Source: Octopus vulgaris (lineage: Eukaryota). From it: a stretch of DNA of 64,000 nucleotides. The DNA lies in the NCBI GenBank assembly GCA_951406725.2, contig OX597829.1, positions 38,440,001 to 38,504,000 on the forward strand. The letters run 5' to 3'. A program made the position numbers and the translations under genes. Position 1 is the stretch's first letter, and every line of letters starts with the position of its first letter. Shown here piece by piece: positions 26,331-40,524 of this stretch. The notes beneath the pieces are model-generated. The model searched no databases, was not told the origin of the DNA, and worked only from the letters and a program-made list of their open reading frames with translations.

Positions 26331-26800
26331 TACCTCTAGCTTACCTCACTGGCATTTATGTAGAGACATTAGTTTCTCATCTGATTTAGGATAGGCCTTA
26401 TAAGAGTATGAGTTTAAATCTTGGGAAACATCTAAAAAATCACCTTGAGACAGACAAGTGATTACAATAATTTTGAGACCTAATTGACTAAAGCTGTATA
26501 TGCGATTTTTCCTAAATTTATTTGAGTGTATATCCAAGTGTATATCACAGCCATGAGATATGTCTATAGCATTGTCATGGTATACACCAATATCATGAAA
26601 TGGGAAGTTGGATCTCAATGTATCTAATATGTAGAAACCTACAACTCTTGGTTTTCTTTCTTTTTCTGTTTTTATTTACCCCACATTTTCTCAAACAGCT
26701 TTTTCTCATTCCACTTTTTACATTCACTTTCCTCTCACTTCTTCTCATGTCTACTCTTACACTGGTGTCCTTTTCCAGAGTTTTTCAAATAAGACTGACC

Positions 26801-27198
26801 ATAGGCACACGAGTGGCTGTGTGGTAAGTAGCTTGCTTACCAACAACATGGTTTCTGGTTCAGTCCCACTGCGTGGCACTTTGGGCAAGTGTCTTCTACT
26901 ATTGTCTTGGGCCAACCAAAGCCTTCTGAGTGGATTTGGTAGACAGAAACTGAAAGAAGCCCATCGTATATATGGTTCTTTCAACATGTGATCTCTTAAG
27001 CACCACCAGCTCAAATATTTTCTCCTCTGTCTTCCCTCCTTGGGATCTTTCCTTCTCCTTGTTTCCGACGAAGAGCTCTGCTCGAAACGTTAAGCCCTCC
27101 TTCCCTTCTTTCCTGAGCGTCAATAATACTTTAATTGTTCCACGTCCTACGTTGCTGTGTTTTTTTCTCTTTTTTTCTGTGTTTTCTTGTTTGGATTA

Positions 27199-27261
<63 letters not shown>

Positions 27262-27500
27262 GTGTGTGTATATGTTTGTGTGTCTGTGTTTGTCCCCCCT
27301 AAAATTGCTTGACAACCGATGCTAGTGTGTTTACATCCCCGTAACTTAGCAGTTTGGCAAAAGAGACCGATAGAATAAGTACTAGGCTTCCAAAGAATAA
27401 GTCCAGGGGTTGATTTACTTGACTAAAGGCAGTGCTCCAGCATGGTCGCAGTCAAATGACTGAAACAAGTAAAAGAGTAAAGAGTATAAGAGTATGAGAG
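26801..27500 (+). mobile_element. SINE family A interrupted by a Penelope-like fragment
   Basis: Head 26801-26970, tail 27270-27500. Confidence 0.85.
26973..27201 (+). mobile_element. Penelope-like pLTR fragment with degenerate hammerhead, inserted in the (TA)n of a SINE
   Basis: CCGACGA-A-GAGC tct GCTC-GAAACGTTA at 27065-27092; flanked by TA repeats inside a family A SINE. Confidence 0.5.
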
Positions 27501-28422
27501 TATATTATGTATTTGAGCCTGAAGGATTGTTTCAAGATGCTTGATATATTAATATGCCATATTACTGAGTTCCACTGTATGAAGCTGTTAGTAGCTCATA
27601 TTTAAATAAAGTGTATATTAGATGCTTATATATAGTCAACCAATGAGATTCAGAGATTCTCAGTATAGAATTGCCTCCTTAAATCATAAATCATGGCATG
27701 TAAAAAGCACCATGCAAGTATGGCTGATGCCAGTACTACCTGACTGGCACCTGTGCCAGTGGAACACAAAATGCACCATTTGAGCATGACTAATGTCAGT
27801 ACTGCTTGACTGGCACATAAAAAGCACCATTCAAGCATGACTGATGCCAGTGCTGCCTGACTGGTCCCCATGCTGGTGGCACATTAAAGCACCCACTACT
27901 CTCACAGAGCAGCTGGCATTAGGAAGAGCATCCAGCTGTAGAAATCTTGCCTAATCAGATTGGAGCCTGGTGTAGCCTCCTGGCGTCCTAGTCCTTAGTC
28001 AGACTGTCCAATCCATGCTAGCACTGAAAGCAGGTGTTAAACAACAACGATAATGATGATGATAAGTGTGTGCGTGTACGTTTGTGTGTGTGTGAGTGAC
28101 TGTGTGTAGCCTAGTGGTTAGGCTATTGCACTTATGATCGCTAAATTGCGTGTTTGAGTTCCAGATTGGGCTATGCATTGTGTTCTTGAGCAAAACACTT
28201 CATTTCACATTGCTCCAGTCCCCCCTTTCAATCAGGATGGTATGTTGGCCTGCTTGCCTAGTCAGTGGGGTGGTGTCGTTTGATGGCTAAAACAATGCAA
28301 ACAGTGCATTGTGACCAGTGATGTGTAACAACATCTGATAGCCTGGTCAGTCACGTAGTCACAATACATACATACATACATACATACATTCATACATACA
28401 TACATTCATACATACATACATT

Positions 28423-28462
<40 letters not shown>

Positions 28463-28477
28463 TGTATGTATGTGTGT

Positions 28478-28787
28478 ATCATCATCATCATCATCATCAT
28501 CATCGTTTAACGTCCGTTCTCCATGCTAGCATGGGTTGGACGGTTCGACCGGGGATCTGGGAAGCCAGAAGGCTGCACCAGGCTCCAGTCTTATCTGGCA
28601 GTGTTTCTACAGCTGGATGCCCTTCCTAACGCCAACCACTCCGTGAGTGTAGTGGGTGCTTTTTACGTGCCACCTGCACAGGTGCCAGGCGAGGCTGGCA
28701 ACGGCCACGGTCGGATTGGTGTATTTTATGTGCCATCGGCACGGAAGCCAGACAAGGCGGTGCTGGCATCGGCCACGAGTCGGATAG
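28478..28787 (-). mobile_element. Family C repeat
   Basis: Near-identical reverse complement of 180-483. Confidence 0.9.
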
Positions 28788-29329
28788 TGTATATATATGT
28801 GTATATATATATACATATATATATACATATATATATATATACATATATACATACATATATACATAAATATATATATATACATATATACATATATATATAT
28901 ATACATATGTATATACATATATGAATATTGATATATATGTACTTATGTATATACATACACACACACAAACATGTAAGCAACATGCAATATGTTTGTCCAT
29001 ATACTTGTGCATGTGATTGTGTATATTTATTTTCAAAATATGTTTTGCATTCACATTTTGCATTTATAATATACTGAATTTTCGTTTTTTTTTTTTTTTC
29101 TTTTTCATTTTTAAGAATTTACAGTCTCATTGATTTGTTTTGTAGCATATGTTTATTAAATTGTATACAATTTTAAAAGAAACGTAGAACGAAAACAACA
29201 GATTTTGAAATATACAGATGTTTTCCTAAATCAATATCTTCTGAAGTTGAAAAGCCTGAATGTATTATTACACACACACACACACACACACACTCATCTT
29301 TTACTTGTCTCAGTCATTTGACTGTGGCC

Positions 29330-29741
29330 ATTCTGTTGACCGTTTTCTTTGACAACAAGGGGATTGTTCATCATGAGTATGCTCCACCAGGTCAGACAGT
29401 AAACAAGGAGTACTACCGTGACGTTTTGCGGCGTTTGCGGGATGCTATTCGTGGGAAAATGCCACAATTGCATGCATCCAGTGAGTGGCAATTGCACCAT
29501 GACGATGCACTTACCCATTCAGTGCAGCTTCTGCAGCGGATTTTGGCAAGGCACAGCATTCCCCAGGTCCGACAGCCGCCGTATTCCTCAGATCTCACCC
29601 CTTGCGACTTTTTCCTCTTTCCAAAAATCAAATCTCGCTTGAAAAGAAAATTTCAGGACATTAAGGAAATCAAAGTGAATGCAACGAGGGAGCCGCTGAT
29701 TATCCCAGAAAATGAGTTCCAGGAATGCTTCCATCAATGGA
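29330..29741 (+). mobile_element. Mariner (DD34D) transposase catalytic fragment
   Basis: LTVFFDNKGIVHHEYAPPGQTVNKEYY..WQLHHDDALTH..PPYSSDLTPCDFFLFPKIK. Confidence 0.9.
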
Positions 29742-29771
29742 AACATCATCATCATCATCATCATCATTTAA

Positions 29772-29993
29772 CCCTTTTGGTACCATATTTATTTTGAGAT
29801 GCTCTGTGTATCTTTTAATTAATTTTAAATATAACAAAGAATTTAATAAAATAACATAGTTACCATTAAGCTAGTGTTAGGAACATAAACTGTGACTAAG
29901 GTTTGGCAGAAGATTTTAATGCAGAAGTTTTGAAAATAAGACATTTGTACTACAGAGCCAGAGGCGGTTTCAGGCAGGTTGGTATCAAAAGGG
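29772..29993. mobile_element. piggyBac-type MITE (222 bp) with TTAA target duplication
   Basis: TTAA at 29768-29771 and 29994-29997; TIR CCCTTTTGGTACCA / TGGTATCAAAAGGG; inserted in the TTAA of a family C SINE tail. Confidence 0.8.
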
Positions 29994-30423
29994 TTAACAT
30001 CTGCTTTCCATGCTAGAATGGGTTGGAAGGTTTGACCGTGGTCTGGGAAGCCAGGAGGCTGAACCAGGCTCCCGTCTGATCTGGCAGTGTTTCTACAGCT
30101 GGATGCCCTTCCTAACGCCAACCATTCCATGAGTGTAGTGCGTGCTTTTTACGTGCCAAACGAGGCTGGCAACGGCCACGGTCAGTTGGTACATTTTACA
30201 TGCCACCGGCACGGAAGCCAGTCAAGGTGGTGCTGGCATCAGTGAAGGAGATTAAATGTCAAATTGGTACATGTTGTAGTTTTGTTTTTATAGCACCAGT
30301 CTGGATACATATGTATATATATGAATATACGTATATATGTATGTATATGTATGTATATGTATATGTATATATATATGAATATACGTATAGAGATGTATGT
30401 ATATGTATGTATATGTATATATA

Positions 30424-30472
<49 letters not shown>

Positions 30473-30797
30473 GGAATTTACAAAAAACAAATGACGAAGA
30501 CAGGTGTGTAAACAACAAACAGGTGTATTAGTATAACATTCGGGAAGGTGAGAAAGTGAGAAAGTCATTTACTTTTTGAGCCTACGCTCTTCAACATATA
30601 TATACGTGCCGGTGGCACGTAAAAGCACCCACTACACTCTTGGAGTGGTTGGCGTTAGGAAGGGCATCCAGCTGAAGAAACTCTGCCAGATCAAGACTAG
30701 AGCCTGGTGCAGCCATATGGTTCGCTAGTCCTCAGTCAAATCATCTAACCCATGCTAGCATGGAAAGTGGATGTTAAATGATGACGATGATGATGAT

Positions 30798-30847
<50 letters not shown>

Positions 30848-30929
30848 GAATGTATGTATATATATATATACTTATGTGTATGTGTGTATATATAATTAGA
30901 AATAGTAGATATATATACATGTGTGTGTG

Positions 30930-30961
<32 letters not shown>

Positions 30962-31020
30962 CATATATATAGTATATATATATATACATATGTATATATA
31001 TGTGTGTGTGCATATATATA

Positions 31021-31052
<32 letters not shown>

Positions 31053-31167
31053 CGTATGTATGTATGTATGGATGAATGGATGGATTGATGGGTGTATATA
31101 CTTGCTCACACACAAATATATACTGACAGACACATATATGTACATGTACATTTATATATGTATGTAC

Positions 31168-31198
<31 letters not shown>

Positions 31199-31344
31199 TG
31201 TATGTATGTATGTATGTATGTGTGTGTGTGTGTATGCATGCATGCATGCATGCATGTATGTATGTATGTATGTATGTATGTATGTATGTATATATGTATG
31301 TTTGTATGTATGTATGTATGTATGTTTGAGTGTTACTGGTAACA

Positions 31345-31868
31345 TGTAACCCAGTACAACCTGTTGCATGGTCGGGTCGTCGGCGACTAAACCGGCAACC
31401 CCACCAAGCTTGCTTGGTGAGGAGGGTGTTTATTGGACACCCTGCGGGATGAAAAACAAAACCCATCAAAGGGCGAAGGAACTCTTGAGAGTCAATGGCC
31501 ATCCAATAAATGTCTTAAGGCTGTATCATGTGTGGGGACATAGAAATAATCGGACTGAATACCCGATCGCGCGGTTAAACCATTGGGAGTGAAGGACTCC
31601 TAGCCTTTGTTAGAGCATCCTTCTAGGAGAAGGTAACTCAGGTAACTGGGATAACTCCGACATAAAACCTGCGGCTCAGTGGTTACCGACGATGTTGACT
31701 TGTCCTTCTTTTTGGATTATGGCTGCTGTTGCTTAGTGAGTGGAATTGACTCAGTGCACAGCATTTCCCCACTTCAAAAAAAAATCTTCTTGTACAGGAA
31801 TTGCATGATAAACATTGATTAAGCTTCGTGCAATGGCCATACTCGGTAACGAGGGAGCAGCCACCATA
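31345..31868 (+). mobile_element. CpG-rich non-autonomous element, RTE 5'-UTR-like, between (TATG)n tracts
   Basis: ttctaggagaaggtaactc resembles the recalled RTE 5'-UTR motif; no ORF; ends in (TATG)n. Confidence 0.45.
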
Positions 31869-32100
31869 TGTATGTATGTATGTATAAGATTACATAACAG
31901 ACTTAGCATTAGCTTGAAGTCACAGGCAATTCAATTACAATAATTGATAGACTCTATACATTTTTTGTGTCCATTACTCAGTCAATGTTCCTCGTTTCTT
32001 TTACGATGAAAGCATTTAATGCATATGTAAGCATGAGTTTCTATGTGCAAACACACACATATATATGAATATACACACTCACACACACACACATATATAT

Positions 32101-32247
32101 ATAGGTGCAAGCATGGCTGTGTGGCAAGAAGTTTCCCAACTACAATAGCCTCAGACCAACCAAAGCTTTGTGAGTGGATTTGGTAAACAGCAACTGAAAG
32201 AAGCCTGCTATATATATGTGTGTGTGTGTATATATATTTATATATAA

Positions 32248-32288
<41 letters not shown>

Positions 32289-32535
32289 TATATATATATA
32301 TCAGTGTGTGTGTGAGTTATTATGTTAGTGTTTGTCTTCCTCCATTGCTTGACAACCAGTTTTGGCATGTTTACATCTACATAACTTAGCGGTTTGGCAA
32401 AAAAGATACTGATAGAATAAGTACCAGACTTAGCAAAAGGATATGTTCTGGAGTTGATTTGTTCGACTAAAACCCATCAAGGCAGTGCCCCCATCATGGC
32501 TGCAGTCAAATGATTGGAAAAAGTAAAAGATAAAA
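32101..32535 (+). mobile_element. SINE family A, diverged with internal deletion
   Basis: Similarity to family consensus. Confidence 0.75.
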
Positions 32536-32567
32536 GATATGTATATACATACGTATATGTATATAAG

Positions 32568-33491
<924 letters not shown>

Positions 33492-33512
33492 AAGAAGAAG
33501 AAGAAGAAGAAG

Positions 33513-33750
33513 AAAGCAGAAGAAGTAAAGTACCAGGACCTTGCTATTGAATTAAAGAGACTATGGAAAGTGCGGGTAAAATGTATCCCAGTAGTTATAG
33601 GTGCATTGGGAACTATCCCTAAAGATTTGAACTGATGGGTACAGGAAAAAATTGGCATGAAACCCAGTTTAGTGCAACTTCAGAATTTAGTGTTATTAGG
33701 GATTGCTAGAATACTTAGGAGGGTTCTTAGCATCTAAGGCTACTTATTAT
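33513..33750 (+). mobile_element. R4/Dong-like RLE 3' fragment, different subfamily
   Basis: KYQDLAIELKRLWKVRVKCIPVVIGALGTIPK..VLLGIARILRRVLSI*; preceded by (AAT)n(AAG)n, followed by (AAT)n. Confidence 0.8.
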
Positions 33751-33806
33751 AGCTTCAAGTTAGGATTCTTTTCTTTTCCAACAGTCTAATCTGTTATGTG
33801 TGTATA

Positions 33807-33854
<48 letters not shown>

Positions 33855-33974
33855 CTAATATTGAACTGTACTCAACACTGCATTGGTGGAAAATATATTT
33901 TACTTTTTTTAAGAGAACTTTCTCAACAATTATCCAGTCTGTCACTTGAGTAAGTTGATATATATATATACACA

Positions 33975-34822
33975 CAGTAATGCCTTGATATACAAGTTAA
34001 TTTGTTGCTAGAGACTGTTCATAAAGCAAAAACTTGTAAAGCAGAGCAATAATTTTCCATAGTAGCAATGTTATAAACTGTAATTCGTTCCTAGAAAAAT
34101 ATTTTACCAATAAGATTGATAATACTCATAAATAAATGGCAATAAAACAATAGTAGAATGTGAAGAATATTTATGTAAAATGAAAAGGATGTTAAGATCA
34201 CTTATGATAAAAAATATTTTTATTATAATCTTTTTCTGAATCACTTTCACTCACACTAAACTCGCGCACACCATCACTTGTAGATGCGATCACCAATTCA
34301 CAAGCACTCATAGACAGACTTGAAGATTTCTTTTCAAAAACAAGTCTAGAGTTGTTTGCTTAGAAGAAGTGTTTTATTGTTCTCTATAAAATTCTCAGTA
34401 ACACGCAGAAGCATTTGCTATGTTAGTAGAAACTTTCGCACTTTGTTTAAAATTTGGATCTTGTGCTTGAAAAGTTTCCAAGGCTTTATCCGAATGTTGA
34501 AATGCTTCCATGAGTCCTTTCAATGCGAATGCATTAACTGGCATTTCATCAAGTCTTCTAAGATATTGGAATGTTATGCTGTCATTTTATTCCATTGCTA
34601 TTGCTATATGCACTTGTGTAGATGCATCAGAGCCAGTGTGGTTATGTGTTGCAACACTGCCACACACACTTAAAATAGCTCTTTTACTCTTTTACTCTTT
34701 TACTCTTTTACTTGTTTCAGTCATTTGAATGTGGCCATGCTGGTTATGGGGATGCAAACACACCAGCATCGGTTGTCAAGTGATGTTGGGGTGGGGACAA
34801 ACACAAACACATAAACACACAC

Positions 34823-34899
<77 letters not shown>

Positions 34900-35094
34900 T
34901 ATATACAACGGGCTTCTTTCAGTTTCCGTCAACCAAATCCACTCACAAGGCTTTGGTCAGCCCGAGGCTATAGTAGAAGACACTTGCCCAAGGTGCCACG
35001 CAGTAGCTGTGAAACCTTCTTATATTTATTAAAAAATAAGACTTGTAAACGTGGGGTCTCATAAAGCAGGTTTTTGTAAAGTGAGGTATTACTG
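33975..35094. mobile_element. pogo/Tigger-like non-autonomous DNA element with a SINE inserted
   Basis: Termini CAGTAATGCCTTG...GTGAGGTATTACTG|TA with repeated subterminal (c)ttgtaaa / tcataaagc motifs. Confidence 0.5.
34678..35003 (-). mobile_element. SINE family A, partial
   Basis: Tail (tactcttt)n and body. Confidence 0.8.
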
Positions 35095-35118
35095 TATACA
35101 CACACACAGACATATACA

Positions 35119-36355
35119 CAGACATGAAGGAAGTAAATAGACACCTTTAATTTTCAAAATCTTCTATTTAATACGCAAAGCTAACAACTGAAATGTAATC
35201 GATAGGTAGGACTACATACTTTAGTATTTAGTTGACATTCCCTTTGCAGTGTTTAATTCAGAAACTCTTTTTGGCATTGAACTGATGAGCTTTGTGATTG
35301 TCTCTTGTGGAATTTCTGCCCACTTTTCATGCAACAATCGAAACAATTCATCTTTAGATTTAGGTTTCTGTCGAGTTTTGCGTATAGCTCTATCTAGTAT
35401 GCTCCAAAGATTTTCAATTGGGTTCATGTCAGGAGATTGGCTCAGCTAAGGAAGCTTTTTGATCCCATTTTCAGTCAACCATTGTTGATTCTTTTTTGCT
35501 GTGTGGCATGGAGCCCCATCTTCCACAAATAAAAACTCATTTTTCATTATGTTATCATATCAATACATCAGAAGTAGTCCTTGCCTAAGTATTTTGATGT
35601 ATTTTTCAGAGTTTATGGTTCCATCACATTTCATCAGCTCAGAACATACCATTACAGAGATACTGCCATGTTTTACAGTTGGTTGGAGTCATTTCAAATC
35701 AAATTCTTGATTGGGAAACCTCCAGATTCAAACATGTCCACTGTCTGAAAATAATGCAAATCCGGATTCATCTGGATTCATCTTTCCTAAAATGAACTGG
35801 ATTTTTCTGACATCACTGTAGCCCATTTCTTTCTTTTCATGATATTAATTGGTTGAAGGAGAGGTTTTCTTCTAGCTGATCGTCCATAATACTCAAGCTT
35901 ATGCAGATATGTAACACACAATCTTGGACTAACTTCTAGCTGTTTTGCAATGTTGGAATCCTTTGAACAGGGTTTGTTTTCCACAATTCTCTTCAACCAC
36001 TGAAGCTTCTTTCCGAGGGCCTAGGTCGGCCAGGAAGAGAATCTGTTGGTTCTTTTCCTTGGCTTTTGAATTGCAATAGAATTCTATTAATCTTCAAGAG
36101 GAATTTGAAGATTTCGGCAATTTTTTGCTGGCTAAGACCAGCCTCAGATCGCCCAATAATATGACCTCTTTGAAAATCTGACAGTTCTGCTGAAATTTTT
36201 GTGGCATGGTTACTCTTCACAAATGTTTAATATAATGACATCTGGAATGAAATAGAATAATTACATTGTAGATTCTACACTACTGATAACATATTAAGAT
36301 GCTTAGATAAGAAATTTTAAAAATTAAAGGTGTCTATTTACTTCCTGCAAGTCTG
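35119..36355 (-). mobile_element. Near full-length decayed Tc1-like (DD34E) transposon
   Basis: ~36-bp TIRs cagacatgaaggaagtaaatagacacctttaatttt / aaaattaaaggtgtctatttacttcctgcaagtctg. Frameshifted transposase: ELSDFQRGHIIG, ARRKPLL, DESGF, EDGAPCH, SPDMNPIENLW. Confidence 0.9.
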
Positions 36356-36374
36356 TTTGTATATATATATCACC

Positions 36375-36680
36375 GTGATCACTGTGACCGACCAGGCTAT
36401 CAGATGTTGCTACACATCGCTGGTCACAATGCGCTTTACATTGTTTTAGCCTTCAAATGATGCCACCCTGCTGGCTAAGCGAGCAGGCCAACAGAAGAAA
36501 GAGTGAGAAAAAGTTGTGGTGAAAGAGTACGGCAGATATTGCCACCACCCCCTGCCGGAGCTGCGAGGAGCTTTAGGTGTTTTCGCTCAATAAACACTCA
36601 CAACGTCCGGTCTGGGAATCGAAACCGCGATCCTACGACCACGAGTCTACTGCCCTAACAACAGGGCCATTGCGCCTCCA
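36375..36680 (-). mobile_element. SINE family B
   Basis: Reverse complement of 37841-38125. Confidence 0.85.
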
Positions 36681-37840
36681 CATATGTATATATATCTATA
36701 TATCTATCTATATATATATATATATAAAAATGCGTATGCGTGTGTGTGTATTTACATATATATATATATATATATGTAAATAAGTAACAAACATGTACAA
36801 GTGTTAACGCATTATGGCCATTTTAAATGGCACCATTTAATTGGTTAATGAAAACATTACATCAGTTTGAATGAAACTGTTCTCTTCAGATGACCACATA
36901 GATTTCAAGCATAATGGCTAAACCATTTTTTAACAAATTTACATCAATAATAGAAGCCAAAATAGTTACATTGTTTCTTTATGTTATATCTGTGGCAGAA
37001 TGAATTTAGGAAAGAATGCATATCTTATTAAGCCTGAGGAAAATAGTGGTGGGGCTCAAGATAAAAGAGTGGTGGCGCTGATATTTATATTTAGATTTTT
37101 ATGAAGCATGTGGTCTTCAACAATTTAGAACTAAATCCATTGGAAGTTGTCAACTGTATTCTAGATGATGGTGATAAATTAATTAATGTCAGCCGATCTC
37201 CTGGATCCTTGTTATACTAGAACCATAGATCTAGCTTTATCTACATAGAAGGATATGTCACAGAGCTGCTAGTAAGAGAATGACAGATGAGGAAGAGGCG
37301 GTAACTAGAAGGAAGGATAGGGGGATATAAAGAAAAAACAAACGAGATGAGTAATATAAGCTTTAAGGATAGAAATTAGAATTGAAGGATACGGGGGGGA
37401 GGTGGTAATTTATAACTTAGCAAATTTATTATATCAAGTTGAGAAAATTTAAATCAATATAGAGAAAAAGGATAGAATTTAAACTTAAAACCTAACCAAA
37501 CTATACTGAAATGGCAGGGTGCCTCAATTTAAGTACCTAATTCAAATGACTCTGTATTATATAGATATATACATGATTGTATATATATAATATATATTCG
37601 TATACACACACACACACACATATACGTAAAATAGAGAAGATATTCATGAAGGATTATCAATCTGGGCAAGATATTTTATATGCTGTCTGTTAATACACCA
37701 AGCTAACAATGTTGTTTTGATTAGTGAAGAACTCCAAATACTCTTGTGACAGAAGAATCTGTATATATATACATATATATATATATGAGTAAAATGAGAT
37801 ATATATATATATATATATATACAGATTCTTTTGTATATAT

Positions 37841-38135
37841 GTGGAGGCGCAATGGCCCAGTGGTTAGGGCAGCGGACTCGCGGTTGTAGGATCGCGGTTT
37901 CGAGTCCCAGACCAGGCGTTGTGAGTGTTTATTGAGTGAAAACACCTAGAGCTCCACGAGGCTCCGGCAGGGGGTGGTGGCGATCCCTGCTGTACTCTTT
38001 TGCCACAACTTTCTCTCACTCTTTCTTCTGTTAGCCTGCTTGCTTAGCCAGCAGGGTGGTGTCACTTGAAAGCTAAAAGAAAGGCAAAGCACATTGTGAC
38101 CAGCGATGTGTAGCAACATCTGTAGCAACGGTGAT
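37841..38135 (+). mobile_element. SINE family B
   Basis: Head ggaggcgcaatggcccagtggttagggcagcggactcg. Confidence 0.85.
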
Positions 38136-38145
38136 CATGGTGGTC

Positions 38146-38596
38146 ATCATCATCATCATCATCATCGTTTAACGTCCGTTCTCCATGCTAGCATGGGTTG
38201 GACGGTTCGACCAGGGATCTGGGAAGCCAGAAGGCTCCACCAGGCTCCGGTCTTATCTGCAATGTTTCTACAGCTGGATGCCCTTCCTAACGCCAACCAC
38301 TCCATGAGTGTAGTGGGTGCTTTTTACGTGCCACCTGCACTGGAGCCAGGTGAGGCTGGCATCGGCCACGGTCGGATTGGTGCATTTTATGTGCCACCTG
38401 CACGGAAGCCAGTTGAGGCGGCACTGGCTTCGGCCACGATTCAGATGGTGCTTTTTACGTGCCACCGACACGGAAGCCAGTCGAGGTGGCGCTGGCATTG
38501 GCCACGATTCGTATAGTGCTTTTTACGTATCTCCAGTCCAGGGGTCCTTGGCATCTGCCAGGTGCCAGTCATAGGATTGGTTCAATTTCGATTCCG
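38146..38596 (-). mobile_element. Family C repeat
   Basis: Same sequence, with internal ~60-bp subrepeats (tttacgtgccacc..cacgg). Confidence 0.9.
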
Positions 38597-38854
38597 ATAA
38601 AAAAGGGTAAAATTAATTAATTAATTAGTAAGTAATAATTTTACCAAGTAATTCGGTGTGTTTAAAGAATCATTATTGGTAAATTTATACAAATATTCTA
38701 TAATTATGAGTATAATTATAGTTAAGATTCGGGCAAAATTTGCTTCATCACAAACCAAAATTTAGAAATAGCAGATAAAGCTAACTATTTCATTACCATA
38801 AGAAAATCTCCCAGACAGCAATACTCAACAACTCATAAGCGATGAGAGGGGTCA

Positions 38855-39325
38855 TCCCTGACAGACCAAATGTGCAATGTCAATAGATGTCCATTTACAT
38901 GAATTACCGAATGGATGCCTCTGTACAAAGCAGTTATCCAGCCACGGAAGACAGGACCGAAACCAGCCACTATGAGGACAGCCTCCAAGTATCAATGGTC
39001 TACTGTATCGAAAGCTTTGGATTGATCCAAATTGATTAGGGCCCCACCCATGCCAGGTTCCGTAACTACCCTGTGTATGATGTAGCGCATCAGATGGAGG
39101 TTGTCATGGATGCTCCGCCCCGGCACAGTACATGTTTGTGCCTTATCGAGTAGTTTCTCGATGACAAGTGCCAACCCCTTGGTTAACGCCTTGAACAAAA
39201 TTTTCAAGTCTGCATTGAGCAGAGTGATGGGCCTAAAGTTATCTATTGCGTTCTCCTTGTTTGGATCTTTCTTCAGCAGCATTATTGCTCCTTGGCTCAC
39301 AAAACTGGCGATGCTCCTGTTTTTC
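38855..39325 (-). mobile_element. L1/Tx1-clade reverse transcriptase fragment
   Basis: NFRPITLLNADLKIL..AQTCTVPGRSIHDNLHLMR..LINLDQSKAFDTVDH*YLEAVL..GFG. Confidence 0.9.
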
Positions 39326-39399
39326 AAGTAATCTTGTGGAACTCATAAAAATAGATCTTTAATGTATCATTCTACAAAACATATAGAATAGATATCTTT

Positions 39400-39805
39400 T
39401 TTTTTTTTACTTGTTTCAGTCATTTGACTGCGGCCATGCTGGTGCACCGCCTTTAATCGAGCAACTTGACCCCGAGACTTATTCTTTGTAAGCCCAGTAC
39501 TTATTCTATCGGTCTCTTTTGCCAAACCGCTAGGTGACGGGGACATAAACACACCAGCATCGGTTGTCAAGCAATGCTAGGGGGACAAACACAGACATAC
39601 AAACACACACACATATATATACATATATATACATATATACGACGGGCTTCTTTCAGTTTCCGTCATCCAAATCCACTCACAAGGCTTTGGTTGGCCCAAG
39701 GCTATAGTAGAAGACACTTGCCCAAGGTGCCACGCAGTGGAACAGAACCTGGAACCATGTGGTTGGTAAACAAGCTACTTACCACACAGCTACTCCTGTG
39801 CCTAT
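39400..39805 (-). mobile_element. SINE family A
   Basis: Full-length similarity to family consensus. Confidence 0.9.
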
Positions 39806-40111
39806 AGTACAATACAATAGTATTGTACTATATATTATATATATATATAGTATATTGTACTATATACAGGTATAGTACAATACAAGAGAAAACAACAAGG
39901 TGTGTATAAAGTCATAAATGACAGACAAAGATTTTGTTGAAATCTTTATTTAACAATAAAAAAAATTCTGACATCTTCACCAGACACCTCATTGATGTTT
40001 CGAGCTGTCTGAGATGCATTTGTTCCATGATGGAACTCATGTTCGTAAACAACACAAATTTTTTATCTATCCATGGGTTCACAAAAATTGATTTACAAGA
40101 GAAAACTCACA

Positions 40112-40524
40112 ATAGGTGCAGGAGTGGCTGTGTGGTAAGTAGCTTGCTTACCAACTACACGGTTCCGGGTTCAGTCCCACTGCGTGGCATCTTGGGCAAG
40201 AGTCTTCTACTATAGCCTTGGGCCGACCAATGCCTTGTGAGTGGATTTGGTAGACGGAAACTGAAAGAAGCCTGTCGTATATATGTATATATGTGTATGT
40301 GTGTGTATTTGTGTGTCTGTGTTTGTCCCCTTGGCATTGCTTGATGGCCGATGCTGGTGTGTTTACGTCCCCGTCACTTAGCGGTTCAGCAGGAGAGACC
40401 GATCGAGTAAGTGCTGGGCTTGCAAAGAATAAGTCCTGGGGTCGATTGCTCGACTAAAGGCGGTGCTCCAGCATGGCCGCAGTCGAATGACTGAAACAAG
40501 TAAAAGAGTAAAAGAGTAAAGAGT
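40112..40524 (+). mobile_element. SINE family A
   Basis: Full-length similarity to family consensus. Confidence 0.9.

Noticed and set aside
36855-36892. Minus-strand hammerhead-like CTGAAGA-GAA..TTC-AAAC..GTA
   Set aside because: GAAA box broken and stems only 2-3 bp; at best a decayed motif.
39803-39882. Small tagtacaata/tattgtacta palindromes
   Set aside because: Short, AT-rich and beside a TA tract; explainable by slippage or fold-back at a SINE junction.
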